A stretch of DNA of 64,000 bases from Octopus vulgaris (lineage: Eukaryota), in the NCBI GenBank assembly GCA_951406725.2, contig OX597815.1, forward strand, positions 49,476,001-49,540,000, read 5' to 3'. Positions within the stretch are counted from its first letter, which is position 1. Every line of letters begins with the position of its first letter. The position numbers were made by a program, and so were the translations under genes. The notes under the pieces were generated by a model, which worked only from the letters and a program-made list of their open reading frames with translations, ran no database searches and was not told where the DNA came from. Shown here piece by piece: positions 38,061 to 51,806 of this stretch.

Positions 38061-38514
38061 CATTTCATTTCCTCTATAGTAGAAAGGATTATTATTATTA
38101 TTACCTTTATTATTCATGTTTTGAGGAATGCTTAATCAGTTTCTTTTTCTAAAGCAAGAACTTGGGTTACTCTTGGAAAACATGCACAGAAGTATTCAAG
38201 GTAAAACGAATTCTGTGCAAGACTGCCCTAATGATATTTAAAGGTTTCAAGAATCTTATATCACTATTTTCTGGAACATGTGTTAATCCTTATTGCATAT
38301 GTTCTTACAGAAATAAGGCAGTGACTTGGTAGACTTATTAGCATGCCAGGCAAAAATACTTTCGTCTTTACATTCTGAGTTCAAATTTTGCTGTGGTCAA
38401 TAAAATAAGTACCATTTGAGCACTGGGGGTGATGTAATCTACTTACTCCTTTCCCCATTATTGCTGACCTTGAGCCAAAATTTTGAATCCAATATTCTTA
38501 CAGACTTGATTGAG

Positions 38515-38789
38515 TACCATTGCTTGTGGTATGCACATTCTCAAACTGCCACAATATTCTCCATTCAACTGCTAGGTCAGTGTAATTCCTTAGCTTTTTA
38601 GCTGGCTTCTGTACAACAATAATATCATTTGATATTGCTATGTCGATAATTAATACGCCATTGTCACACAAGATTATATCATGCTTATTATGTGCTATCT
38701 GGTGGCCTGTCTGTGAACTGGAGTTCCATAGTGTTTTCACATTGTCATTTTCTAAGACAAGTGGCAGTTTATATGAGCATCACAGTTGT

Positions 38790-38791
<2 letters not shown>
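38515..38791 (-). mobile_element. R4/Dong-type non-LTR retrotransposon relic, restriction-like endonuclease domain
   Basis: LENDNVKTLWNSSSQTGHQIAHNKHDIIL..LIIDIAISND..KKLRNYTDLAVEWRILW (cf. ENxxxKILWDxxIQTDxxIxHNKPDI..IID.A.P.D..EK..KY.DL); abuts a (TAA)n array. Confidence 0.8.
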
Positions 38792-38847
<56 letters not shown>

Positions 38848-39290
38848 CATCATTATAATTGATAACTATAATAATAATAATAATGATAATAATAATAATA
38901 ATAATAATGTTTGTAATTTGTCTTCCTAATATTCCTCCATCCGTCACCCTTATTGCAATAAAGAAATTATTACTATTATTATTATTGTTGTTAATTTAAT
39001 TTTTTCATTTAGCCTGTCTGTCAATTACATTCAACTTATAACCACCACCACTACCACCAGCACCACCAGCACCACCAGCACCACCTGCCATTACCCCCCC
39101 CCCGTCCAAAATTCTCATACTGTACACAGTGAGTGGTGCAGCCAGTAGTCGTGCAACATAGTTGGCAGAGCGAAGGACATTTTGTTGTGTCTAGTCACTA
39201 CCAGAGGGAGACACTGTGACTGTATTGAAGTTGTAAATACTGGAGGATGAGAAAGTGGGACAAGTTCATTGATTATTTCTCTTGGTGCAG

Positions 39291-39396
39291 GAACTGATGG
39301 TGGTGCCGGTGCTGATGTCAGGACTGGTGATGGTGCTGTTGCTGTTGCAGAAGCTTTGGAAACGGCATCAGATCTTTCGTGGGTGAAAGGGATGGG
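39291..39396 (+). CDS. candidate 106-nt exon (phase 1 to 2: TDGGAGADVRTGDGAVAVAEALETASDLSWVKGM)
   Basis: Acceptor TTATTTCTCTTGGTGCAG, donor GGG|GTAAGG, GC-rich unique island; strand ambiguous (see findings). Confidence 0.3.
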
Positions 39397-39801
39397 GTAA
39401 GGTTAGGAGGAGAGGAGCTGGTGGTCTAAGACCAAATTAACTCACAAATGCATAAAAGAAAATGGTAAAAGAAAAATAACAGCAACAACAAAAAACAAAT
39501 GATTGAGAAAAAGAAACCAGAAGAAATGGAAAGAAGGAAAGTGAAGACAAGAATAAAATATGAATTTGGTGCTACATAAGCAAGCAAATGTATATAGATC
39601 TCTACATACATATATGCATACCTACATACATAAACACACTTGTGTGAATAAACATCACTGTGTGTGCATGTCTATATATCTATCTATCTATATATATATA
39701 TATATATATATATCTATATATATATACATATATGTATATTTATATACAAAGATATATATGTATATACACATATATACATATATATATATACATATATACA
39801 T

Positions 39802-39832
<31 letters not shown>

Positions 39833-39964
39833 GAGAGAGAGATATGCAGACAGATAGACAGAGACTAACAGAGAGAGAGAGAGAGAGACAGAGACAGATA
39901 GACAGATAGATTAGATAGCTATTATAAACGTATATGTCTAAAATACAAAGACACATTATTTTAA

Positions 39965-40019
<55 letters not shown>

Positions 40020-41074
40020 GAAATGTTAATATCTTGACATATATAAAACTAGGTAATTAATTCATAAGAAATTAAATTAAACCTTGCATGTATGAACACA
40101 CAGACACTCACATGCACAAATTTAGAAGACAATAAAACCAAGATACAAATAAATACACTCTCGAACGTCCATATTCACACACATGGTGGTCGATATAAAA
40201 CAACAACAGATGATGTGTGCAAGACAATAAGGTGGTTTATGCACATTTGCATATGCAATGTGTGTTCTGGAATTGTAGTCCAAAATACACTCTATGTTCA
40301 TCATTGTGTATTTTTGTATTTTCCATTCCATGCTGTACAATGCATTAGCCTCTTGTGGTTCCAGTAGCTGCCCATTTTTTCTGAGAAAAGGTTATGAGAC
40401 TCTTGCTCAACCTTTCACCATTCCTGGAAAGAGGAATCCAGTTAGTTGTCTCCTATGACCCTTATCACAGTGCAATATAATTAATTCCAAGACAGAGAGA
40501 AAGAGACAATCAAAGGCAAAGCAAGAGAAAGAGAGAAAGAGAAATAGAGAGAGAGGGGGGAGAAATAGACAGGGAGAGAGAGAAAGAGAAAGAGAGAAAG
40601 TAATCAACTTCGGTCCTTGACAGATAATTTATTCATTGATCTTGTAAAAGATGAGGGGCAAAGTTCACCTCTGTAGGGTTTAACTTTGGAGTGCAGAAAC
40701 CTGGAATTCAATGCTCTGGTGGCTTTGCCAATTCACTGCCTTGAAAACAGACTGGATGGCCACAAATGGAAAGCTTCTGCACATAGTTCTACTCAAATGC
40801 AACAATATCAAAATAGGAATTGAAAGAGACTGTCCCTACTGCAACACACATGCACATGCATGCATGCAAGCACATGTGAAACTTCAGTTCTTGAGTCACT
40901 TAAGAAGCTTTACAACTAATGAATATGTCTGAGTGTGTTTTACAGAACATCATACATAAAAAATAGACAATCTGACATTAAATGAAAGTACAATCAAGAC
41001 ATTTAAGTCAGTTATTAAATTGATTTTTAAAAGGAAGAGATTGACAGTGACTTCAAACTTTCACTGGTGTTAGA

Positions 41075-41115
41075 CAGCCTGATGAAGCCAGTGACTAATG
41101 AAACTTCAAAGCCAC
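41075..41115 (+). ncRNA. degenerate hammerhead motif
   Basis: CAGC-CUGAUGA-aGCCAG-UGA-CUAAU-GAAA-CUUC..; abuts (TA)n, preceded by a short decayed inverted copy; stems poorly preserved. Confidence 0.4.
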
Positions 41116-41124
41116 TATATACAT

Positions 41125-41213
<89 letters not shown>

Positions 41214-41274
41214 GATATATATATGCATGTATACATATGTAGACATATACATATGTAGACATATACATATATAA

Positions 41275-41353
<79 letters not shown>

Positions 41354-41583
41354 AATAATGAGGGAGATAAATTAATATTAATTTTAATATAGATATATAT
41401 GTATATATATACATATGTATACATATATATATATGTACGTATGTATAAATATACACACATGCACAGACATGTGTGTGTGTGAGTGTGTGTGTGTTATTAT
41501 GTCTGGAGAGTGTCATTCTCTTTTAGTGTCTTATTACTTAACACACTCACCGGTTTGATTTCCACTCATTTACTTATTTATTT

Positions 41584-41656
<73 letters not shown>

Positions 41657-41916
41657 TGATCATACTTCATGCTGACTGCCATTTTTTGTGTTTAGTTTCT
41701 ACTCCCTCAGTTTCTTCTCCCTTTCTTTATCTTCCATTATTCTCTCTCTCTCTATCTCTCTCTCTCTCTTTTCTCACTTCCATTTCCACCTACTGTCTTA
41801 AGACAAGGAACCACAGGCCACAGGGGCCTCAGTTAGCTGAGTGAAATTAATACTCTAGCCCTTAGGATTTTCTCCTCATGATAATAAACAAGAATAACAA
41901 AAGCAACAAACACAGC

Positions 41917-41948
<32 letters not shown>

Positions 41949-42610
41949 TAATAATAATAATATGGAAAAATTGACCCCCACACCCAAACACACATACATG
42001 CACAAACAAAAAAAAAGATACTAAAAGAAAATATGAAAGCAGAATTTTCATGCATGTGGCTGTGTGCGCTCATGTGCATGTGTGAGTGAATGTGGCAATG
42101 TATATGTGAATATATATGTGTGTCAACGTTAGGTTAAAAAATGTCATTGCTTTCTATATCATCATCATCATAATCATCATCATCACAACTACCACTACTG
42201 CCACTACTGCAACCGCCACTGCTGTCATCATCGTCACCACCATTATCTCCATCATCATCGTCATGACATTATCATCTCCATCATAATCTTCATTTTCCTC
42301 CTGCCCTTTCTTCTACTCTTCCTTATCATCATCACCCTCAACATCATCAGCAACAGCATTGTAATAATCAGCAGCAGCAGTAACAGTAGCAGCAGCTGCA
42401 TTGTCATCATCATCATCATCAGCAGCAGCAGCAGCAGCATCATCTTCATCTTCCTCCTCTTCTTGCTTCTACTTCTCCTTATCTTCATCATGAAAATCAT
42501 CATCTTCATCTCTGCTATTACCACCACCTTCGGCATCATCATCTACATCATCATCATCTTTCAATATTACTAACACAATAATAATAATAATCATATTAAT
42601 GACGATGATA

Positions 42611-42653
<43 letters not shown>

Positions 42654-43146
42654 CGATAGCAGTATAATAATAATAATGATGAGGATAATAGGGCATGCAA
42701 AATAGGGTACTTGGAGGGCAGGGGAAAGATTGTGAAGTCTTCGTAAATTGTTGAGATCCCAAGAATCAGCTGAGTGTGTATTAGTGTATATATTAGTCAG
42801 AGATTTTCGGTGTAGGCTGGTATTTCTTTACGACATAGTTTGAACCAAGACACTGCAAGGTTAAGATGATGTGATGGCAGCAACCATTATTACTCATGAT
42901 AATGGAATCTGAAATTTGAGGTTCAATAAACATCAAAGTGTTGCTGATTTACTTGTTGTTTTTCAGGTTTGTTCAGTTTTTCATGTGTGTGTGTGTGTGT
43001 GTGTGAGTGTGTGTGTGTGTGTGATAAGGAAGAAAGGACTACAGGAGAAAAATAAGATGTATGGTTTCTTCTATCTTTTGATTTTTCCATTTATCTTCCA
43101 TATATTGTTTACAGATATATATATGTATATACATACATACATACAA

Positions 43147-43250
<104 letters not shown>

Positions 43251-43267
43251 GTATATATATGTATGTG

Positions 43268-43319
<52 letters not shown>

Positions 43320-43403
43320 TACACAAGACACACATATTGAGGGAGAGGGACAGCAAGAAAGATAGATAGACAAATAGATAGAGACCTACAGACATTAATA
43401 GTA

Positions 43404-43482
<79 letters not shown>

Positions 43483-43499
43483 TAATAACAATAATAATA

Positions 43500-43805
43500 A
43501 TCCTTTGTACTATAGGCACAAGGCTTGGAATTTTGTCGCGAGGAGATCATTGATTACATTGATCCCAATGCTTAGCTAGTACTTGCAATATCGACCCCCT
43601 AAAAGATGAGAAACAAAGTAGATCACTGTGGAATTTGAACTCAGGATGTAAATCTGGTTGAAATGCCACAAAGCATTTTGTCTGGCATGTAACAGTTCTG
43701 CCAACTCACAGCATTAACAACAATAATAATGATAAAATAATGATGATGATATTGATGATAATGATGAGGATGATAAAGTGCTATTAATATTGCACATCAT
43801 CATCA

Positions 43806-43860
<55 letters not shown>

Positions 43861-44075
43861 GTCAGCAGTTTGCCGGCAGAATCAATAGCACATCAGACAG
43901 AATTCTTAGTAGTATGTCTTCCAGCCTATGTTCTGAATTCAAATGTTGTCAAAGTTGACTTTGCTTTCATCTTTTCAGGGTCGATAAAATAAGTACCAGT
44001 TGGGTACAGTGGCTGATGTAATCAACTAGATCCCTTCCTTGAAATTTCAGGATTTGTGTTTATAGTAGAAAAGAT
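43500..44075. mobile_element. divergent pair of SINE family C copies around AAT/ATT arrays
   Basis: Minus copy 43500-43715, plus copy 43862-44075. Confidence 0.72.
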
Positions 44076-44090
44076 TATTGTCATATCAGC

Positions 44091-44153
44091 CACTTTACCA
44101 ATCAGTTTCATAACACACTTGTTGAGAGAACTCCAGTGATCATCAGATAAAGC
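44091..44153 (-). ncRNA. hammerhead motif, core intact, stems decayed
   Basis: CUGAUGA..GAAA-CUGAUUGG-UA-AAGU; same GAAACUGAUUGGUA as 3834-3847. Confidence 0.55.
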
Positions 44154-44364
44154 TCAGAGGAAAAATGTAGCTTGTGGTTTTCGTTACTGGACATCCAAAA
44201 TTGTCACATCCAGTATAAGGGGTCTTAAGGGGTCTTAAGGGTATCATAAAGAAAAACAAAACAAAGCAACAAAAAATGCTCAAGTTACAAGAAAACGTTT
44301 TATGAAAAATGTTGGCTTAGATACTCTTAAAAATACAGGATGGTCAAAATTAGAGTGTTTGTAT

Positions 44365-44985
44365 TCCATAAGAAGAAGGATCTTCCTGGGAAGATTCAAA
44401 TCCCCTCAACACTGCAGCATAAGTCTGACAAAATTTATAAGTTTATTAAAGAAAACCAGCAAATAAGCGCAGGAGTGGCTGTGTGGTAAATAGCTTGCTA
44501 ACCAACCACATGGTTCCGGGTTCAGTCCCACTGTGTGGCATCTTGGGCAAGTGTCTTCTGCTATAGCCCCGGGCCGACCAATGCCTTGTGAGTGGATTTG
44601 GTAGACGGAAACTGAAAGAAGCCTGTCGTATATATGTATATATATATGTGTGTGTATGTGTGTTTGTCTGTGTTTGTCCCCCTAGCATTGCTTGACAACC
44701 GATGCTGGTGTGTTTACGTCCCCGTCACTTAGCGGTTCGGCAAAAGAGACCGATTGAATAAGTACTGGGCTTACAAAGAATAAGTCCCGGGGTCGATTTG
44801 CTCGACTAAAGGCGGTGCTCCAGCATGGCCGCAGTCAAATGACTGAAACATGTAAAAGAGTAAAAGAGTAAATCTATGGAAGCTATGATCAAACTACAAA
44901 TCATCCTCCCTGTATGGATGACTTAAAACTATTTGCAATTTCCAACTGAAAACCTTACAATAAATCGTTCATAGGGAAATAAAAT
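44365..44985 (+). mobile_element. R4/Dong-type reverse transcriptase relic interrupted by a SINE
   Basis: IRRRIFLG..SP (cf. IRRGIFQGDSLSPL) before the SINE and NHPPCMDDLKLFA (cf. HLLYMDDLKLFA) after it. Confidence 0.65.
44465..44869 (+). mobile_element. SINE family A, young full-length copy
   Basis: Retains many CpGs lost in other copies; complete head and GTAAAAGA tandem tail. Confidence 0.92.
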
Positions 44986-45007
44986 GCAAACTAAATTTAA
45001 CTACATT

Positions 45008-45336
45008 CTGCTGGCACTCCATTAGTTATGACGATGAGGGTTCCAGATGATCTGATCAAAGGAACAGCCTGCTCATAAAATTAAAGTGCAAGTGACTGAG
45101 CACTCCACAGACACATGTAATCATTTATGTAGTTCTCAGGGAGATTCAGCATTACACAGAATGTGACAAAACTGGACCTTTGAAATACAGGTACTACTCA
45201 TCTTTGCCAGCTGAGTGGACTAGAGCAGTATGAAATAAAAAGATTCTTGCTCAAGAACACAGCATGCAACTGGAAATCAAACTCACAACCTTGCAATGGT
45301 GAACCAATAACCTTAACCACCAAGCCACACTCCTTC
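45008..45336 (-). mobile_element. SINE family B (tail type 1)
   Basis: Homology to 2412-2720. Confidence 0.8.
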
Positions 45337-45360
45337 ATTACATTGAAGAATAAGACTTAG

Positions 45361-45579
45361 CCCTTTTGATGCCAGCCTGCCCAAGACCACTCTTGTTCTG
45401 TGATGCAAACTTTGTCTTTTATTGATCTAAACTAAAACTGTACATCAAAATTTCATGCTAACTTATGACTCAAAGACCAGCTTTATAATGACAAAGTTAT
45501 TTTACCAAATTCTTCTTCATTTTAAAAATTAATTGAAACAAAGGTAGTGTGTTTCATCAGAAATTTGGTAACAAAAGTG
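45361..45579. mobile_element. second piggyBac-type MITE family
   Basis: TTAG|CCCTTTTGATGCC ... GGTAACAAAAGTG|TTAA. Confidence 0.55.
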
Positions 45580-46071
45580 TTAAATAAGGACAAAATAATA
45601 AATGAAATAGAATAAATAGAATAAACACCAGACTTAAAATAAGTACTACTGGGGTTGAATTGTTCTTCTAAATGCTAAAATCACATCAACAAACAATAAA
45701 ATAAACTGAAGCAGCATGCAAATATATGTCTACATCTCCAAAAGAACATGTCACATATATTTCTGGAACACAGAAATACAAAAGATCATGCGGTAGAAAC
45801 ACATATGAAACTAATGAAGAATAATTGCTTCATATTTTGGAACAAGGCCAGCAATTTTGAGGGGACAGGAAGATCAATAACATCGACCCAGTTTTCAAAT
45901 GGTACTTGTTTTGTTGAATCCAACAGGACAAAAGGTGAAGTCGACCTTGACAGCATTTGATCTCAGGATGCAAAATTGGACAAAATACACAATACATTTT
46001 GTCTCGTGTCCTAACGATTCTGCCAGCTCACTATCATAATAATAATAATATTAATACTAATAATAATAAAA

Positions 46072-46595
46072 GCCCTGATGCAGTACCAGGCAATGGCTCT
46101 CATGGCTTTGATTGGCAGTGTTACCATGTACATGTCTTGTCTTAGAGTAAAAGATGGGATACAGCAAATATTCTGCTCAATACCACAGATTTGCTTGTTA
46201 GTTGCTTGAACTTAACCAGTTGAACATGTCCCTTGGTGGTAAACGATATGTGCATCTCTGATCATGAGCAGAAGTATTGGGGGCATCATAGCCATGTATT
46301 AAGAGGTATTCTTTGGTGTTTCAATAATTCACATCAGGAAACATGGGTGTTTCGTTCAATATCCTTAAACAACCCTTATTCAGGGACCTTTTGAGTGAAA
46401 TGTGCCACTCAACTTGAAGAAAATTCTAGCTGTTTTGCACTGTTTATCTTGATTTGAGATCCCTATGTTGTGCACATATGTTTGTGATGCACTTGCCTGG
46501 TGTACCCTTATCAGATGTGTAGTCATGATGGGTATGCTGGGCTTCATATCTTTTACCCCAGCATCACTTTGATGGCATGCCCTGCTCTCTCACTC
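46072..46595 (+). mobile_element. family E, (AAT)n-targeting element, near full length
   Basis: Collinear with 47578-48131; AAT repeats on both sides. Confidence 0.88.
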
Positions 46596-46617
46596 AGTAA
46601 TAACAATAATGATAATG

Positions 46618-47035
46618 ATTTCAAATATTGGCACTAGGCCAGTAGTTTTAGGAAAGAAGCCAATTACATCGACCCAGTGCTTATTGACCCCACAAAAAAA
46701 ATATGAAAGGCTGAGCTCAGTGAAATTTGAACTCAGAACATAAACAGTAAGAATAAATGACATTGAGCATTTTGTCTGACATGCTAACAATTCTGTCAGC
46801 TTGTTACCTTATAATAATAATCCTTTCTACTATAGGAACAAGACCCAAAATTTGCAGGGAGGGAGCTAGTCAATTACATCAACTCCAGTACTCAACTGGT
46901 ACTTAATTTATCAATCCCAAAAGGATGAAAGGCAAAGTTGACCTCAGTGAGAATTTGAACTCAGAATGTAACAGGTGAAATACTGCTAAGCATTTTTCCC
47001 AGCATGCCTAATGATTCAGCCAGCTTGCTGCCTTA
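46618..47035 (-). mobile_element. two head-to-tail SINE family C copies
   Basis: GAATTTGAACTCAG twice, separated by (AAT)n. Confidence 0.75.
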
Positions 47036-47074
47036 TATAAGAATAAGAATAAGAACAATAATAATAACAATAAC

Positions 47075-47121
<47 letters not shown>

Positions 47122-47483
47122 GTAAATAAATAAATGAATGAATAAATATATAAATAATAATAATAGGGTATGGATGATGATAATGATCCTGTTTTTTATT
47201 TATTGCCACAAGAGGGATGTATGAGGTGACATTACATTGGACAAATTATAAAATGAAATGGTAGTGATGGCAGTGGTTTACATCCAGCATGGAAAACGAT
47301 GATAACTGGCTTGGCACATTACCTATTTTTGCAAGGGAGGTGGAAAGCTGACACAGTTAATATAATTGACTTCAGTAAATTGATATAAGATGGATGAGAG
47401 ACAAGGCTAAACCTTGTGGGATTGACACCAAAATTGATAGCAGAGCATGAAATCTAGTTGTCCATTTAATGGTCATCTCCAAC

Positions 47484-47552
<69 letters not shown>

Positions 47553-47577
47553 CAACAACAACAACAATAACAATAAC

Positions 47578-48131
47578 TGCCCTGATGCAGTATCAAGCAG
47601 TGGCTCTCATTGCTTCTGATCTTAATTGATTGGAAGTGTTATCATGTACATTGTTTTGTCTTGGTATAAAAGATGGGCTACAGCAAATATTCTGCTCAAT
47701 ACCACAGATCTACTTGTCAGTTGCTTGACCTTAACCAGCTGAGTATGTTCCTTAGTAGCTAACAATATGTACATTTCTGATCATGAGCAGAAGTATTGAG
47801 GGAGCATCATAGCCATGTGTTGAGAGGAATTCTTTGATGTTTGGATAACTCACTTTTGGAAACATGGGTGTTTTGTTCAACATCCTTAAACAACTCTTAT
47901 TCAGGGACCTTTTGAGTGGGATGGACTACTTAACCAGAAGAAAATTCTAAGTGAGACCCACCTGGAAGGTCATGCCCTGTTTGTCTTAATATAAGATCAC
48001 CACTCACTCACATATGTTTGTGATGCATGTGCCAGGTGTACACTTATCATATGGGTAGTCATGATGGGTATACTGGGCTTCATATATTTTACCCCAGTGT
48101 CACTTTGATGGCATGCACTGCTCTCTCAATC
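47578..48131 (+). mobile_element. family E, full length (~555 bp)
   Basis: TGCCCTGATGCAG ... CTGCTCTCTCAATC in AAT context. Confidence 0.88.
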
Positions 48132-48502
48132 AGTAATAATGATGATGATGATGATGATGATAGAAATAATGGTTTCAAATTTTGGTATAAGGCCACCAGT
48201 GTCAGGGCAGGTAGGAAGATGATTACATTTTTTCCCAGGATTTGATTGGTACTTATTTTATCAACCCTAAAAAGATGAATAAGCAAAGTCAACCTCAGTG
48301 GGACTTGGATCAGAATGTGAAGACAAACCAAATGCTGCTATGCATTTTGCCTGGCATGCTAATGATTCTTCCATCACTACATTAGACAGAAACTGAAAGA
48401 AACCTGTTATATATATATATATGTATAACATAAATGATATATATATATATATATGTATAACATAAATGATATATATATATATATATATATATAAATTATA
48501 TA

Positions 48503-48547
<45 letters not shown>

Positions 48548-48606
48548 AATATATATATGCATACATATATATTTGTACATACATACATATATACACAAAG
48601 AAACAT

Positions 48607-49223
48607 ATATTATTATTTGATTGAACGTCATGCATTCATTTCCAAGTAAGTTTAAACCTATACTCTCTCCCTATCATTTTCTCTCTCATCTTTCATCTAA
48701 GTCCTTTTTTCTCCCCTTCACTGTTTTCTATCTGTCTCTCTCTTCCTCTTTCTCCTTTACTCTCTCCCGCACTCATTGTTCACACGTGACCATCGTCCAT
48801 CTCTCTTTTCCTCACATGATCATCTTTCTTTTCTTTCAGGGCTGTCATAGAGACTGCACGTATCCTATCTGTCTCTCTCTTCTGTCTTTTCTCTTGTCAA
48901 AGAAAATATTTCTACAGCGTTTGCTATTTCAACTTCTTCTGCTCTAACGACCTTCCATGTTTGTTTTTGTTCTGTTTCCATGTATGTCTCCACTGTCCTG
49001 CTTTTGTTACCAACATTGACCCTCCACAAATCCCAAATTATATATTTTTTTTTTTTTTTGCGGGAGAAACAACCTTCGAAGACCCATATTGTCGTTCAAT
49101 GTTCAAAATGAGGAGTAGAGAGACAGCTGACAACTGATAAAGGGTCGTTCTTTATGTTACTTGTCTTGTTTTTCATTTGTTTTAATATTTCATGTTGTTT
49201 ACAGTTTGTCACGTCCTGAGCCC

Positions 49224-49261
<38 letters not shown>

Positions 49262-49350
49262 GTTTATGCACATATATATATTTATGCATATATATATTAT
49301 TTATATTATTATTTGACTGAATGTCACGCATCCATTTCAAAGTAAATTTA
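48607..49350. mobile_element. (TA)n-embedded element with partial tandem restart
   Basis: ATTATTATTTGA(T/C)TGAA(C/T)GTCA(T/C)GCAT(T/C)CATTTC at ~48609 recurs at ~49305 after a TA tract. Confidence 0.6.
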
Positions 49351-49363
49351 TCTCTCTCTCTCT

Positions 49364-49398
<35 letters not shown>

Positions 49399-50188
49399 CA
49401 TCATCATCATTTATATCTGTTTTCCATGCTGGCATGAGTTGGACAGCTTGACTGAAAACTGATTAGCTGAAGAATCGCACCAAATTCCAATCTGATTTGG
49501 CATGGTTTCAATAGCTGGATGCCCTTCCTAACACCAACCACTCCAAGAGTGTAGGGAGTCCTTAATTATGTGCTACCAGCATGGTTGCCAATTACTTAAC
49601 ACCAGCATCGGCCATGACTATGATCTCACTTGACTTGACAAGTCTTCTTAAGTGTGTGTGTCTTTGTACCTGTGTTTGTCTCCCAACACTGCTGGACAAC
49701 CTGTGTTGGTTTGTTTATGTCCCTGTAAATCAGAAATTTGACAAAAGACACCGATACAATAAGTACCAGACTTCAAAAAAAGAAAAAAAACATTGGTGTC
49801 ATTTCTTCAGGCTGGAGCCCCAGAATGACCACAGTCAACTGACTGAAACAAATGAAAGAAAATATAAAAATCCTGTCATTGAAATCTCTAAGTTGTGAGA
49901 TAAAGCATGACTAATTCAAGTCAATATGAATAAATAAGCATTGCATTTGAACAGAAATCTGAAGGCTAAAGGGTTAATTGCTGTGCATCAAGCAGAGCTA
50001 ATCAAGCCTGTATCATCATTATCGTCATCATCATCCTTTAACATCCATTTTCCATGCTGACATAGGGTTGGATAGTTTGACCAGAGCTGGCAAGCCAGAG
50101 AACAGTGATTAACGAATTAAGAAAAAATATATATTTAGTGCATGTGTTTATTTGGAAAAAAAAATAGTGACCATCCTGAAATAGAACA

Positions 50189-50246
<58 letters not shown>

Positions 50247-50270
50247 TATGTATATATATACATACATATA

Positions 50271-50302
<32 letters not shown>

Positions 50303-50348
50303 CATATATATATACATACATATATACATATATATATACATACATACA

Positions 50349-50380
<32 letters not shown>

Positions 50381-50411
50381 CATACATACATATATATATA
50401 TATGTATGTAT

Positions 50412-50812
50412 AGGTGCAGACGTGGCTGTGTGGTAACAAGCTTGCTTCCCAACTGCATGGTTCCATGTTCAGTCCCGCTACATGGTATCATGCACAAGTG
50501 TCTTCTATAATAGCCTCAGGCCGACCAAAGCCTTGTGAGTGGATTTTGTAGATGGAAACTGAAAGAAGCCTATTATATATGTCTGTGTGTGTCTTTAGGC
50601 TTGTGTTTGTCCTCTATCACCACTTGATAACTGGTGTTGATGTGTTAACTTCTCCGTAACTTAGCAGTTCAGCAAAAGAAAGACTGACAGAATAAGTACT
50701 AGGCTTAAAAATAAAAAGGTCCTGGGGTCAACTTGTTCAACTAAAACCCTTTAAGGTGGTGCCGCAGCATGGCTACAGTCGAATGACTGAAACAAATAAA
50801 AGAATTAAAGAA
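50412..50812 (+). mobile_element. SINE family A
   Basis: Full head to tail. Confidence 0.85.
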
Positions 50813-50823
50813 CGTATATATAT

Positions 50824-50970
50824 AGTTCAGATGTACAAAAAAAAAGAAGACAGAGACCAGTGAGGGAACATCAGACAAGGTATATTGGTTTGACACTCAG
50901 GGAAAATGGAAAAATCTTTGATGTTTCAAGCCTATGCTCTTTGATAGAAAGGAATGAGGAAAGAAAACGA

Positions 50971-50977
<7 letters not shown>
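50824..50977 (-). mobile_element. (TA)n-embedded mini-element with minimal hammerhead (50916-50951)
   Basis: CUUU-CUAUCAA-aGAGC-AUAG-GCUU-GAAA-CA-UC-AAAG. Confidence 0.65.
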
Positions 50978-51024
<47 letters not shown>

Positions 51025-51027
51025 TTA

Positions 51028-51265
51028 TTCTTTTACTCTTTTATTTGTAACATTCATTTAACTGCAGCCATGCTGGAGCACCACCTTTACTCGAACAAAT
51101 CAGGACTTATTCTTTGTAAGTCTAGTACTTATTCTATAGGTCTCTTTTGCCGAACAACTAAGTTATGGCGATGGAAATACACCAACATCGGTTGTCAAGC
51201 GATGGTGGGGTGAAAAACACAGACACACAAATACATACATATATATATATATATACAATGGGCTT
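51028..51265 (-). mobile_element. SINE family A 3' half
   Basis: Homology to 431-670. Confidence 0.8.
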
Positions 51266-51300
51266 TATATATGTATGTTATATATATATATATATGTATG

Positions 51301-51341
<41 letters not shown>

Positions 51342-51375
51342 TTGTGTGTGTGTGTTTATAGCTACATATATATAG

Positions 51376-51562
51376 GTACTGGTACCATGTTAAAAGCACC
51401 CAGTACATTCTGTAAAGTGGCTGGAGTTAGGAAGGACATCTGGCCATAGAAAGCATGTCAAAACAGACACGGAACCTGGGCTGCTCTTCAGCTGTCCAGC
51501 TTCTGTCGATCCATCCAACCCATGCCAGCATGGAAAATGGACATTAAATGATGATGATGATG
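51376..51562 (+). mobile_element. retroposon family D
   Basis: CCATCCAACCCATGCCAGCATGGAAAATGGACATTAAATGATGATG. Confidence 0.72.
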
Positions 51563-51774
51563 AGGAGGAGGAGGAGGAGTGGGAGGATGATGATGAAGGA
51601 TAAGTAGAAAAGAATGAGAGGTTGAGACTTCTTAGGGAGAAGTGTTATATAAGTGAAGGGAGAGAGAGCGTGAGAGAAGGGAAGAGAGAAAATCAATGAG
51701 GGTGTATGGGTGGTGGGGTGCATGTGTGTACTTATATAAGTGAGTAATGACTGACAAAGTAGCTGTGAGAGAGT

Positions 51775-51806
<32 letters not shown>

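Noticed and set aside
40349-40390. Plus-strand 42-nt possible exon (SCGSSSCPFFLRK)
   Set aside because: Weak splice sites and phase inconsistent with the other candidates
44465-44545. tRNA gene-like A/B boxes
   Set aside because: SINE heads continuing into core and tail; no complete cloverleaf, so no tRNA gene is called
49120-49150. GACAA-CUGAUAA hammerhead-like start
   Set aside because: No downstream stem II/GAAA/cleavage arm found
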